Positions 35,517 through 44,223 of a stretch of DNA of 52,787 bases are shown here, in pieces. Position 1 is the first letter of the stretch; every line of letters begins with the position of its first letter. Origin of the DNA: a virus (Duplodnaviria; Caudoviricetes); IMG/VR virus record IMGVR_UViG_3300037478_000191, positions 1-52,787 of that record. The stretch is one strand, 5' to 3'. Below the pieces are notes generated by a model. It was given only the letters and a program-made list of their open reading frames with translations, had not been told where the DNA came from and did not search any database. The translations under genes and the position numbers were made by a program.

Positions 35517-35585
35517 TTCGTTAATCTCCTATCCGCGTATAGAGCGTGCGGGGGAATGGGTGTTAGGCGGCGTCTTCCTCGGTCA

Positions 35586-35786
35586 TCAATTGCACTTCGG
35601 GCAAGGAAGTCCGCGTTTGTTCTCCGTGAGCGTCCATTCGTCTTCGATCCAGTCGGTATCATGCCCACAGTGAGGGCAGATGAACTGGATGCAATCTGGC
35701 CCGGCGTCTACAACGCGCATGCGTTTCAATCGCGGTTGGCGCGGCGCTTCGTGCTTATCGAATAGTGCGGCTTGTGCCTTAGTCAT
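35586..35786 (-). CDS. Zinc-ribbon protein
   Basis: CPHCGH.T.W...GLPCPKCN. Confidence 0.65.
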   Translation of the reverse strand: MTKAQAALFDKHEAPRQPRLKRMRVVDAGPDCIQFICPHCGHDTDWIEDEWTLTENKRGLPCPKCN

Positions 35787-36178
35787 TTCATCACCCATGG
35801 CAGGAACTCTGGGTCGTACCCGTCGCTGGAAAAATAATCGAGCGCACGCTGAACATCTGGATGCTCGAAGGCATCGAAGTGAGTTGAGAGCGCCCCGATA
35901 ACCTGATAGGCTTGCGCAGATTTGGTTTCGAGCGCCTCTATGCGGATTTTGGCGAACTGGCGTTCAGGAAGATCTTTCAACGCGAGAACCGAATTGCTGC
36001 TTATCTCCTTCAGGAGCGCAATCTGCTTTTCAGCTTCATGAAAATCGAACTCGCGAGCGTCTGCGATTTCTTTGTGAAGGGTGACTTGGGCTTCAAGATC
36101 GACTATTTTGGCGCGGATCTTCTCCTCAGCTTCCATTTGAAGCATGGCTTCGTGTTGATTTCTGAAAAAATCAGTCAT
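35783..36178 (-). CDS. Coiled-coil hypothetical protein
   Basis: GAGGTG RBS; coupled. Confidence 0.6.
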   Translation of the reverse strand: MTDFFRNQHEAMLQMEAEEKIRAKIVDLEAQVTLHKEIADAREFDFHEAEKQIALLKEISSNSVLALKDLPERQFAKIRIEALETKSAQAYQVIGALSTHFDAFEHPDVQRALDYFSSDGYDPEFLPWVMK

Positions 36179-36189
36179 TATCCATCACC

Positions 36190-36453
36190 TCACTGCATCG
36201 AATGGTGAGGCTTCGGAAAATCCGGCAGCCTCAGCCAGCGCATGATTTCAAAGTCATGCTCAAAATCTTCAATCACCCATTCGCCATCCATGCGCCCAGC
36301 CGTGAGCGCAACTTGTCCGCCTTTTGCGCAATCGCAGGTGATGGTGACGAGGACGACGAGGCCATAAGCCTCCTGCGGCGGCGGCTCTTTGGCCGGGTCT
36401 TTCCAGCGCCAGAGCGGTTCGCCGGTTTCACGTCTGCGTTTGGCTTCACCCAT
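36190..36453 (-). CDS. DUF551-like phage protein
   Basis: MGEAKRR start; W......PP...VLV...W.......W..LP..P. Confidence 0.55.
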   Translation of the reverse strand: MGEAKRRRETGEPLWRWKDPAKEPPPQEAYGLVVLVTITCDCAKGGQVALTAGRMDGEWVIEDFEHDFEIMRWLRLPDFPKPHHSMQ

Positions 36454-36775
36454 ATTGATACACCGGCATGGCATTGGCGTCCGCTGATCGATCAGTCCGC
36501 TCGACGTGACGCCGCTTTCCTGACATAAGCTTCCTGTAGACACGATCTCGCTGGTAGCCGCGTTCTGGCTTCAGTGGTGCGTCGCTCCATTTGCTTTCGA
36601 TGACGCCAGATTCCTCAGACTTCATGACGAACACATAAAAATCGGCAACGAAAACGTCAGCGCCGTTAATGATGTCAAATCCCCGACGCCACTCTGTAAA
36701 AGACATGGCGTCCAGTATGCGATCCGCCGCCGGCGGCCGGTTCCACCATTTGATAATCTTGTGTAGGATATTCAT
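36446..36775 (-). CDS. PadR-like winged-helix protein (putative)
   Basis: G.DI......FY.....E..G.I.S.W......R.R.YR. Confidence 0.5.
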   Translation of the reverse strand: MNILHKIIKWWNRPPAADRILDAMSFTEWRRGFDIINGADVFVADFYVFVMKSEESGVIESKWSDAPLKPERGYQRDRVYRKLMSGKRRHVERTDRSADANAMPVYQYG

Positions 36776-36963
36776 CACCGCCACCGAACGTAGACAGGCA
36801 TCAAGAACATTTCATACCTCGGCCCCTCGCGCAGTTTTTCCTCGTGCATCTTGGCGAGCCTCTTCATTGCCGCATGAGCGTCTTCTGCCCTGACGGTGAC
36901 GTAACAGCCGTCATCGTAGCCGATCTTAACGTCGTTGAATTTGAACGTCTGCATTTGGCTCAT
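36775..36963 (-). CDS. Hypothetical protein
   Basis: GGAGGG RBS. Confidence 0.5.
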   Translation of the reverse strand: MSQMQTFKFNDVKIGYDDGCYVTVRAEDAHAAMKRLAKMHEEKLREGPRYEMFLMPVYVRWR

Positions 36964-36997
36964 TTTCTTCCCTCCATGAACTTTCTGCGAACGGCGC

Positions 36998-37298
36998 TGT
37001 GTCAAGATTGTGCCGCACTTCGGTTTTTCGCCTTGCAGGTTTTTGCTTCGTTCTGCATGCCTGTGCGGTCATAACGAGAACGCTGCACACTCGGAAACCC
37101 TTTGCCACATAAAGAAAACCCTTGCCCTATCCCACCTGATGACCTATCCCCTTCAGCGGGACACCTCACCCCAACGTGGGTAAAGGCATTGGATGTTTCT
37201 AGTTAACCATGTAACTATCTGTATTTAAAGGTAAATCCATCGGTTTTCGGCGAAATTTTCGACCCCTCTTTTTTGGAGGGTGCGCCACGATTGTGTCA
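36998..37298. other. Putative attP region with two arm-type repeat pairs
   Basis: TGTGTCAAGATTGTGCCG (36998-37015) and TGCGCCACGATTGTGTCA (37281-37298), 13/18 identical, each a TGYGYC tandem with 11-bp period, flanking a non-coding gap downstream of int. Confidence 0.5.
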
Positions 37299-37723
37299 GT
37301 CAACGCGGCTGTGACGGCCTCCTTAGCTTGGTCCAGAGTGCACGAGAACCATTCCCCCTTTCTGCGAAAAGGTTGCAGACTTTTGTGAGCACACCTTTCC
37401 ACGCGTAGGGCGTCCTCATAGCGAACCTTCTCGACATGAGCGATGCTGACCGATCGCGATGAGCCGGTCTGAATCCCGCTGGCACGTTTGTTAACATCGA
37501 CCGCAATTCCTATTTTGAAATGGCGTCCGTCGCTGATGATGTAGACCGCCCGGAATTCATGCTGGATGCGGGGCAGTCTTTTCAGTTTAGCCTCTTCCCG
37601 CCTTGCGAGTTCCGCAGCTATTTCCGGATCGCGGGTAGCGAGTGATTTTCGAATGCGTTTGCCGTCAATCGTCCCGTGGACATAGGCGACCCCAGAACGC
37701 CATTTGAGTGTAAGACCAGGCAT
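37199..37723 (-). CDS. Integrase N-terminal domain fused to GIY-YIG (T5orf172/MUG113-like) nuclease
   Basis: N-terminus 25/42 identical to the Int N-terminus; VYII....FKIGI..D...R...IQTG...VE...H..L...R..GEWF. Confidence 0.8.
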   Translation of the reverse strand: MPGLTLKWRSGVAYVHGTIDGKRIRKSLATRDPEIAAELARREEAKLKRLPRIQHEFRAVYIISDGRHFKIGIAVDVNKRASGIQTGSSRSVSIAHVEKVRYEDALRVERCAHKSLQPFRRKGEWFSCTLDQAKEAVTAALTDTIVAHPPKKRGRKFRRKPMDLPLNTDSYMVN

Positions 37724-38751
37724 CAACTTCCTTTCGCTGTTTTCAGTCTAGGTTTAGGGAGCGGGACGTTGCCGAAAGTGTCCTCCACGAACCCGGCCAT
37801 GTCTTCAGGGTGTGCATAGTGTTTCAGCAACGTCTGCGTGTCTTTCCAATTTCCGGTCTTCGCGACCATGATCACATTCTTGCCCTGGCGTGTGACCGCT
37901 TCCGTCGCGAATGAATGCCGGCCCGCCTCATACGGCGTCACATAGTCGATGCCGGCCAACCTGCATGTCTTCTTCCACGGTTCGATCGGTCCCTTGAGAT
38001 CGGCCCATCCGAAAATTCGCCACTCGCCTTTGTACTGCCCCTTCAAAATCTTTTTCGGCGGCAGCGTCCGCAGAACGTGCGTCATCTCGGCGGTCAGCCA
38101 GAATTCGCGGCGCTCGCCATTCTTGGTCATCGTCCGGCTGACGCCGTATTGCCGTTCCAGATCAAGATTGTCCGGCATCAGCATGATGGCCTCGGTCGGC
38201 CGCGCAGCGGTCGTGTGCAAAAACAGCGCATAGGCGGCAAGGTGCGGCGAGGTCGCGTGCGCCATGAAGCGATTGATCCATTCGCGGTTGATCGCCCGCT
38301 TTACCTTGGGATCGACGGACTTGAACCTCTTGATGCGGATCGGCGCGCATAGCCCGAGGTCATGCGCGAAATTGATCACCGCGCTCACCGGAACGACAAC
38401 CTGCCGGTTCCAGGTCTGCGGCTTGCATGTCGGATAGAGCTGCTTCGCCAGCACCTTCACTTTTCCCGGCTTGATCTCGGCCAGTCTCATTTTCCCCAGG
38501 CAGCGAATGATCGGCGCAAGATAGTCCTTGTCCGGCGGCGCATGGTTCAGGTATTGGACACAAGCGTCAGCGAAGGTTGCCTCGTTTTCTTCGCCGTAGA
38601 TGTTGGCGCGGTCGCGGCGCGCCTCTTCTTGCGCTCGCTTAAGTTCCGCGATTTTCGGGTCGCGAGTTCCAAGGCTTTTTCGTATGCGTCCACTGCCAGA
38701 TGTCCCGTGGAGGTACGCGATCCCGTTTCGCCACTTGATTTTGAGCGCCAT
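37723..38751 (-). CDS. int: Tyrosine integrase
   Basis: TAARPTEA (R), TKNG (K), YEAGRHSFAT (xxRH), GNW (W), KHYAH (Y). Confidence 0.92.
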   Translation of the reverse strand: MALKIKWRNGIAYLHGTSGSGRIRKSLGTRDPKIAELKRAQEEARRDRANIYGEENEATFADACVQYLNHAPPDKDYLAPIIRCLGKMRLAEIKPGKVKVLAKQLYPTCKPQTWNRQVVVPVSAVINFAHDLGLCAPIRIKRFKSVDPKVKRAINREWINRFMAHATSPHLAAYALFLHTTAARPTEAIMLMPDNLDLERQYGVSRTMTKNGERREFWLTAEMTHVLRTLPPKKILKGQYKGEWRIFGWADLKGPIEPWKKTCRLAGIDYVTPYEAGRHSFATEAVTRQGKNVIMVAKTGNWKDTQTLLKHYAHPEDMAGFVEDTFGNVPLPKPRLKTAKGS

Positions 38752-38924
38752 AGCTTCGTTTCCTGCAGGAGCTGTTGAAAGTCCTCAAGCTCAAGATACA
38801 TCTTGCCGCCGATGACGGAACAGCATTTGTGCTCGCGGATCGTCTTGCGAAGCTCGCGCTCAGACACGCCGGGCAGAAGCTCGACAACTTCTTCGATCGT
38901 CAACGGCGCGTAGAATGTCGTCAC
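38547..38924 (-). CDS. Excisionase-like HTH protein overlapping the int start
   Basis: LTIEEV...L..VSER.LR...R...G..Y winged HTH; position. Confidence 0.65.
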   Translation of the reverse strand: MTTFYAPLTIEEVVELLPGVSERELRKTIREHKCCSVIGGKMYLELEDFQQLLQETKLWRSKSSGETGSRTSTGHLAVDAYEKALELATRKSRNLSERKKRRAATAPTSTAKKTRQPSLTLVSNT

Positions 38925-39145
38925 TGATCGTCTCCGGTGTTGAGGTTAGAAGCGCAAGCGAGCGCCGCGCTACGTGGCGACTTCCATCCGCAAAGCCTCA
39001 TGATCTCTCGAAAACTGTAGCCGTGATCTCGAAGCGCTCTGGCCATGATCCTCTTTGCCGCCTGTTCATCGTATTGGTTTGCCGGTGGCTCAATCTGTCC
39101 AGTGCCTTCACAGATCGGGCAGCGCATTTGCGGTGCGTCGCTCAT
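38921..39145 (-). CDS. Zn-knuckle plus HTH small protein
   Basis: CPICEGTG; LRDHGYSFREI..L.GW.SP. Confidence 0.65.
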   Translation of the reverse strand: MSDAPQMRCPICEGTGQIEPPANQYDEQAAKRIMARALRDHGYSFREIMRLCGWKSPRSAALACASNLNTGDDQ

Positions 39146-39405
39146 ATCTTCCTGACCTTGAAAACCTCGACAAACACATTGACCGGTTCCTCCGGCTGCT
39201 GTTCAGTCGAGTACCATTTGATCATCGTCTCGGCGTCCATCCCGTAGTTGAAGACGAGGCAGCGGATCATTCCGATTGAGAGCGGGCGCTTGCGGTTCAT
39301 GATCTCCGAGATCCTGCCCGCTGTTCCCAAGGCAGCCATCAAGTGACGGCTCGTCCAGTTTCGTTCCAAAAGCATGGTTTCGATGGCGTCGATCGGGTCA
39401 GACAT
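39142..39405 (-). CDS. HigA-like HTH domain protein (orphan)
   Basis: DPIDAI..M......L...LG..GRISEI.NRKRPLS..MIR.L....G..AE..I. Confidence 0.7.
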   Translation of the reverse strand: MSDPIDAIETMLLERNWTSRHLMAALGTAGRISEIMNRKRPLSIGMIRCLVFNYGMDAETMIKWYSTEQQPEEPVNVFVEVFKVRKI

Positions 39406-39673
39406 CGGATTTCTCATCCTTATCCTTAGCCGCGGCCTCTTCCCAGGCTTTGCGCAGGACGGCTGCCATCTCGCGCTCCTGTTCAAGGTACTTGTCGGCT
39501 GCGTCCTGATCGACGTATCCTTCACCCCAGCAGAGCGGGCAGTCTTTCTCGCCGTAATTTTCGCAGAAGCATTGGTCGCCGCCGCAATAGCAGTTGACCG
39601 TGCGGTGGCCGTCGCATCGCGGGCAAGTCACGCCTTCTTCATCGAAATAATCTTCGTCGTAATCGTCGCTCAC
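39398..39673 (-). CDS. DnaJ-type zinc-finger small protein
   Basis: CPRCDG...CPLCWGEG repeats; GTG start. Confidence 0.6.
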   Translation of the reverse strand: MSDDYDEDYFDEEGVTCPRCDGHRTVNCYCGGDQCFCENYGEKDCPLCWGEGYVDQDAADKYLEQEREMAAVLRKAWEEAAAKDKDEKSDV

Positions 39674-39861
39674 TGGTCGCCTCCGGTGTTCTGAAAGGGG
39701 CTGATGCCGCTCATGACGATAGGTTTTTCGCGGCAGAGCGAGACGACATCCTCCAAGTGCTCGTTGCATACGAAGACGACTGAGCCGGATTCGGCCACCA
39801 TATGCTCGGTTCTGTTTGAACACTCTCGATGCATGCAAATCTTGAATGCGGGGTCATTCAT
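39670..39861 (-). CDS. Small Cys/His protein
   Basis: C...C......VC.EH. Confidence 0.5.
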   Translation of the reverse strand: MNDPAFKICMHRECSNRTEHMVAESGSVVFVCNEHLEDVVSLCREKPIVMSGISPFQNTGGDQ

Positions 39862-40060
39862 CTGTCTTCTCCGCCGTATCCGGGATGTAGGAGGGGCAGC
39901 AGAAATCATGCGCGGTCAGACCTTGAATGATGGTCATGACGGCATGCTCGTTTACCGGACGCTTAACGACGCAATGGCCAACAGATTGCGGCTCATCATC
40001 TGCGAGCAGGACGACGCGCCAGTGTTCCCAGAACTTGCAGGTGGAGCAGGTGTCAGGCAT
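39854..40060 (-). CDS. Small Cys-rich metal-binding phage protein
   Basis: CSTCKFW...G.C...P...DFCC. Confidence 0.6.
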   Translation of the reverse strand: MPDTCSTCKFWEHWRVVLLADDEPQSVGHCVVKRPVNEHAVMTIIQGLTAHDFCCPSYIPDTAEKTDE

Positions 40061-40223
40061 CGGGTTCCTCCTTGGGAGCCGGGATGTAGGAATCACAGCA
40101 CGGCCGGCCGCGACGTTGGAAATCTGCAAAGCTCTGCCATACCAGTGACGCCGGAGCCGTGAACCTGTAACAGTGATCCTTGCTGGGACAGAAAGAGTCA
40201 GCGCATTTGCTGATGTCAGACAT
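40053..40223 (-). CDS. Small Cys-rich protein (56 aa; not in ORF track)
   Basis: MSDISKCADSFCPSKDHCYRFTAPASLVWQSFADF...; AAGGAG RBS. Confidence 0.6.
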   Translation of the reverse strand: MSDISKCADSFCPSKDHCYRFTAPASLVWQSFADFQRRGRPCCDSYIPAPKEEPDA

Positions 40224-40455
40224 CGACATTCTCCTTTGGCGCGCGCCTTACCATTGCAGCTCGCTCCAGCGGCAACCCAAGCGCCTGAATTATTTTGATG
40301 ACTGTGAAGAAGCCTGGATTGGATACGTGCCCCGTTTCAATCTGCGAGATCAGTGCGTTCGAGATGCCTGATTGTTTTTCGAGATCGCGCAAAGTCCAGC
40401 CCTTGAGTCCTCGCGCCAAACTGATAATCTCGCCAAGAGAGATGTCACTTGCCAT
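40216..40455 (-). CDS. XRE-family HTH regulator
   Basis: R..KGWTLRDL...SGIS...ISQIETG...NP. Confidence 0.85.
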   Translation of the reverse strand: MASDISLGEIISLARGLKGWTLRDLEKQSGISNALISQIETGHVSNPGFFTVIKIIQALGLPLERAAMVRRAPKENVDV

Positions 40456-41107
40456 TGGCCAACTCCAGCAAACGACAATGGTCTACCCCTTGTGTCAGCG
40501 CGCGGTCTGGAGACCAATTCCGCCGAAGCCTAGTGATGATTGTATTGGGCTTTAGCCCAAGTATCTCCCCCCACTCTTGAACCGTCTTTTGGTGCCCTCG
40601 CCACTCGACGATATGGTTGTTTCGCCGGTTGCGTTGCTGCTCAACTCGTGTTGCCCAGCAACAATTATCTGGAGAATAGGGACCATTCACGTTTCTTCGC
40701 TCAATCTCCAATTCGGGGGAGAACGTAGATTTCATGTCTGTCGAAAAGTTCTCAAACCGAAGCCATCGATCGCAAACAGTGATGCCGCGACCGCCGTAAT
40801 TATGATAATGACCGTGCGATGAGTTCATGGTGCGTGCGAGCATTCCTTGCCATCTTTGATAAAGAGGCGTGTTAGTTTGCCCGTGTGTTCGCGCGCGTTG
40901 CGCCGCAGACTTTACTCCGCACCCGCAAGTGCGCGCCCTGCCTTGGGTAAGGCCGCTGCCTCGAACTGCTGTATAAGACCCGCACTTGCATTTACAAAGC
41001 CACGTATAGGCACCATGCCGATCCTTGCCGTACTCGCCAATTACAATTAAATCCCCGAATATTTTACCGCTCAATTCGCGCTTTGCTGGCATCGGTTTGT
41101 CACTCAT
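40445..41107 (-). CDS. HNH homing-endonuclease-like protein
   Basis: Same family as 823-1476: WLCKC.CG, YGGRGITVCDRW, IERRNVNGPYSPDNC.WAT. Confidence 0.88.
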   Translation of the reverse strand: MSDKPMPAKRELSGKIFGDLIVIGEYGKDRHGAYTWLCKCKCGSYTAVRGSGLTQGRARTCGCGVKSAAQRARTHGQTNTPLYQRWQGMLARTMNSSHGHYHNYGGRGITVCDRWLRFENFSTDMKSTFSPELEIERRNVNGPYSPDNCCWATRVEQQRNRRNNHIVEWRGHQKTVQEWGEILGLKPNTIITRLRRNWSPDRALTQGVDHCRLLELANGK

Positions 41108-41517
41108 GAATTGCTTATTTCGAGAAGAATATCCGCGTGGCAAGCAGAATCCAGGGGACACCAGCAAGCCAGATCGTGACCGCGCAGAGTGCTCCGCGCC
41201 CATTCAGTCGGGTGAGCGTTTCGTGTTTTCTTCTTGAAGTCGTGAAACCAGTTATGGCCATATGGATACATCTCTGGGCTCACGCAGCCGCTGATCAGAT
41301 CGCTGTAAAATTCGATGCATTGCTCCAGCGAAAGGGAAGGAACTAGGATCTCGACCTGATCACGGATGCCGAGCGACCGCCCGTCCTTGCCGTCGAACAA
41401 GCCGCACGGCGCTCCCGGCGCAAACGGATTGCCCCAGATCGTCCCGCGCCCGACGTAGATGCAGTTCTCCGGCATCCTCCAGCCCTTGACGCGCTTGCGT
41501 TGGATGCGTACTGCCAT
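41104..41517 (-). CDS. DUF4326 family protein
   Basis: RIQR.R.KGWRMP....YVGR...WGNPF...LRG.DLACWCP....CHAD.L. Confidence 0.85.
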   Translation of the reverse strand: MAVRIQRKRVKGWRMPENCIYVGRGTIWGNPFAPGAPCGLFDGKDGRSLGIRDQVEILVPSLSLEQCIEFYSDLISGCVSPEMYPYGHNWFHDFKKKTRNAHPTEWARSTLRGHDLACWCPLDSACHADILLEISNS

Positions 41518-41518
41518 G

Positions 41519-42196
41519 CTACTCTCCCTCTATGAGTGGAGACGGGGGAAGGGGCTTATGTGTCAGGCTGGCGCCGTCGCTTGCAGCGCTCTCAGTGTCG
41601 GCGCGGTGCGCCTCTTCAATTGGGCTTTGGGAGTTCGCTGCTTTCCAGTCTCTGACAAGTCGGTCGAGCGCCCATAGAGGATCGGTAATATGCGCGAAAT
41701 CGTCGTCAGAATAGACGAAGCCGCAAACACGCATTTTGGGTTCATCGGCTAGCGGGGTACTCCTTCGGCGCTCGCTTGCTAAGAGCTTCCACACTTCACT
41801 TGCATCCGCGAAAGGGGTAGATTGAAGAGGCTCCGCAGGAGCCGATACGGTCTCGCCTTGCGTCGAGGATTTTGCCTGACACAAATCATCTGTACCCGTC
41901 TGGCTTTGGGAGCGCTTTAAGGAGCGGAGAGCCTTTGCAAGCAGATACGCTGTCTCGTTCGACGCCTTGATGTGCGTGTCGGAGTAGAATTCTTCCGGCT
42001 CCCATTTCACGCCTTCGGCGACGATCGAGATGCAAGCCTCTACGGCTTGATCCCATACGGCAGAGGCGGCGGCTTCCCAGTGGTCTCGAATTATTTCGTA
42101 CCGATCATGGAAAGGCGATTGCGTGCCGTGGCGTAACGTTGCCGCGTGATAAGCCTCGTAACCGATCTGCCCGATTGATTTCTCAGCCATCTGCAT
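41519..42196 (-). CDS. Hypothetical protein
   Basis: KS.GQI.YEAY...WEAAA.AV N-terminal motif. Confidence 0.6.
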   Translation of the reverse strand: MQMAEKSIGQIGYEAYHAATLRHGTQSPFHDRYEIIRDHWEAAASAVWDQAVEACISIVAEGVKWEPEEFYSDTHIKASNETAYLLAKALRSLKRSQSQTGTDDLCQAKSSTQGETVSAPAEPLQSTPFADASEVWKLLASERRRSTPLADEPKMRVCGFVYSDDDFAHITDPLWALDRLVRDWKAANSQSPIEEAHRADTESAASDGASLTHKPLPPSPLIEGE

Positions 42197-42401
42197 TCTC
42201 CCTGAACCTGATCCTCTCCACCATTTCGGTGAATTCCTCGTGGCTCATCTTGCGAAGGATCTGATCCTTCGGCATTAAGACGAAGCCTGCGGATTCTATC
42301 GCTGCGCGGACGGCTTTCGCTGGTGACATTCCGAGAACGCCCATCTGAGCCTTATGAATGGCTTCGGCGATCTTCTCGTCCAGTTCGTCCATGTCAGACA
42401 T
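42183..42401 (-). CDS. Hypothetical protein
   Basis: GGAG RBS; IAEAI...A.A...A...AG.V..P. Confidence 0.55.
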   Translation of the reverse strand: MSDMDELDEKIAEAIHKAQMGVLGMSPAKAVRAAIESAGFVLMPKDQILRKMSHEEFTEMVERIRFRENADG

Positions 42402-42445
42402 CGGTGTTCTCCAGGAAAGCGCGGGCGCGGGTAGGTAGGTCTCCG

Positions 42446-42886
42446 TCATCGCGCGGCATGACCTTCCTTATTTCCTCCGGCGTCAGCCAGCCTGAAGACG
42501 ATCCCCTTGCAATAGAGTTCATCGTCTTCCATGATGTCGAAGGACGCGCATGGGATGATGCCGGTTTTGATGACCCAACTTGGATTGCCCGGGTAACCTT
42601 CCGGTGCCCATACGGCCTCGATAGTTCGGCCGGTCTGTCGCCAGTTCGGACAGCCGTCGCCTTCAACGCACTCGTTCTGCACAAGGCCGTTCTCATCGAC
42701 GTAGGCGGTAGCGCCGTTATAGGCTCCGATCTCGTCATAGATCGCACCGTCGAACTCCATGAGATTGTCGCTCGCGCCATAGACTGCCACGAGACCGGCA
42801 TCCTTCATGAGCTTGCGAAGCTCCTTGGAAACTTCCTTCGTGTACTGGTTGCCGTTCAGTTCTGCGGCTGCTTCTTCTGGTGTCAT
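42446..42886 (-). CDS. Conserved phage protein
   Basis: A..L.G..Y...GLV.V.GASD.LMEF.GAI.DE...F.I.ED...YC.GIVF. Confidence 0.75.
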   Translation of the reverse strand: MTPEEAAAELNGNQYTKEVSKELRKLMKDAGLVAVYGASDNLMEFDGAIYDEIGAYNGATAYVDENGLVQNECVEGDGCPNWRQTGRTIEAVWAPEGYPGNPSWVIKTGIIPCASFDIMEDDELYCKGIVFRLADAGGNKEGHAAR

Positions 42887-43521
42887 GGTCTCACCCTCTC
42901 GTATCGTTTCTTCATCTCCCGGCGCTCTTCAGGAGACGGGCGAGGCCGGTCTATCAGAGCCGCCTCAATGGACAAATCCGGCATGCTCGCCAACTTGCGG
43001 GGAAGAACCACGTTCGCCATGTCATAGACGCGCTCGCTGATGTCGAACCAAGGCGATAGGCACCCGGCAATGTCTCTGGATATTTCGAGCGGATTTGAAA
43101 GGATGCCCTCGAACGTAAACATCATGACCGGCCAGCGATCGATGATCTTCAGGCACTTGCGGCGGTCTTTCCTGATCTGGGATCGCATTGCCCGCCATTG
43201 CCCGCTGACATCCACGCCGCCCAGCATGCTGATCATCTTGCACTGGCTTCTGGCCTGCTCACCCGCGTCCCGGTCGAGCCAGATGATCACGCAGTTTGCA
43301 TCGTCTGGAACGCTGCTTCTGTGCGGGTCCAGCATCTTCGCCGCGTATCCCTGGTGCTCTGAAAGCCACTCCCGGCTGATTGCCGCCGCGTTGGTTTCCC
43401 ATGTCTCGAATGCCGGATAATCGCCGACGCAGGGGATGCCAGCCGCATCGAGCATCTGCATCGTCATGCTGGAGCCGCACCGGCCAAGGCCGCTGACGAA
43501 TATGGTTGGCTTGCCGGTCAT
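42883..43521 (-). CDS. Sulfotransferase-like P-loop protein
   Basis: IFVSGLGRCGSSMTMQML.A.G (5'-PSB-like), K..DP, IIW..RD..E.A.S, FE....P. Confidence 0.65.
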   Translation of the reverse strand: MTGKPTIFVSGLGRCGSSMTMQMLDAAGIPCVGDYPAFETWETNAAAISREWLSEHQGYAAKMLDPHRSSVPDDANCVIIWLDRDAGEQARSQCKMISMLGGVDVSGQWRAMRSQIRKDRRKCLKIIDRWPVMMFTFEGILSNPLEISRDIAGCLSPWFDISERVYDMANVVLPRKLASMPDLSIEAALIDRPRPSPEERREMKKRYERVRP

Positions 43522-43901
43522 CGCCTTATCCATTCCCCTCTCATAGTGTGTTTCCATCCGCTCGCCTTCGTGCCCGGCAGTGGCCGTGAATATTTCTTCT
43601 CAGCCCGCGCCGCCTTCGCCACGAGGCGCTTGCCCTTGGCGCGCTCTCCGGCTTTCCTGCCGGTCTTTTCCTGATGGCACGGGATGCACAAGAGCTTGCC
43701 GTCTTCTGCTGTCAGCGGCCGCCGCAAGCCGTGCTCAATGTCTTCCATCTCCCAGCATTCAAGCGTATGGTCCACCTCGAACGGCTTGCCGCGTAACGGC
43801 ACGCCGCAGTCGTTTCCCTCGCAACGAAGGTTCTCCAGTCCGCCCGCTCTCTTGAATATTTCCAAGCGGACATTCTTGCTGAATTCGGTGCGCTTAGTCA
43901 T
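43518..43901 (-). CDS. HNH endonuclease (small, nin-type)
   Basis: R.EFS...R....R..G..C...C......EVDH...LC.PCH..KT. Confidence 0.8.
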   Translation of the reverse strand: MTKRTEFSKNVRLEIFKRAGGLENLRCEGNDCGVPLRGKPFEVDHTLECWEMEDIEHGLRRPLTAEDGKLLCIPCHQEKTGRKAGERAKGKRLVAKAARAEKKYSRPLPGTKASGWKHTMRGEWIRR

Positions 43902-43986
43902 TTTCTGATTACCGCTATGAGAATAGCGGCCAGCAAAACCACAACGCAAAAAAGCTGTATGCTGATCATTGCTCCTTGAAGTTCCG

Positions 43987-44223
43987 TCACCGTCTAACCC
44001 TCCTCCAAACCCAGATCCAAACAATCACCGGAGACATCAGAACAAACCCTGTAATAGCCCCAGCCTTTGCGAGCACAGCAGCGCCAGCGTATCCCGCTAC
44101 TCTCAGCCAGAACCATTTGTCCCGAGACGGTGCTCGTGACTCCATACGCGCCTCTATCTGGTCTTCAAGCGCCTCACAGATGTATATGCCTTTGTCGTTT
44201 GGGCGGAGCCAGGGGCGGGTCAT
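43987..44223 (-). CDS. Small membrane protein
   Basis: C-terminal hydrophobic segments. Confidence 0.5.
   Translation of the reverse strand: MTRPWLRPNDKGIYICEALEDQIEARMESRAPSRDKWFWLRVAGYAGAAVLAKAGAITGFVLMSPVIVWIWVWRRVRR

Noticed and set aside
37100-37200. tRNA fragment as att core
   Set aside because: No T-loop GTTCRA or convincing anticodon arm on either strand
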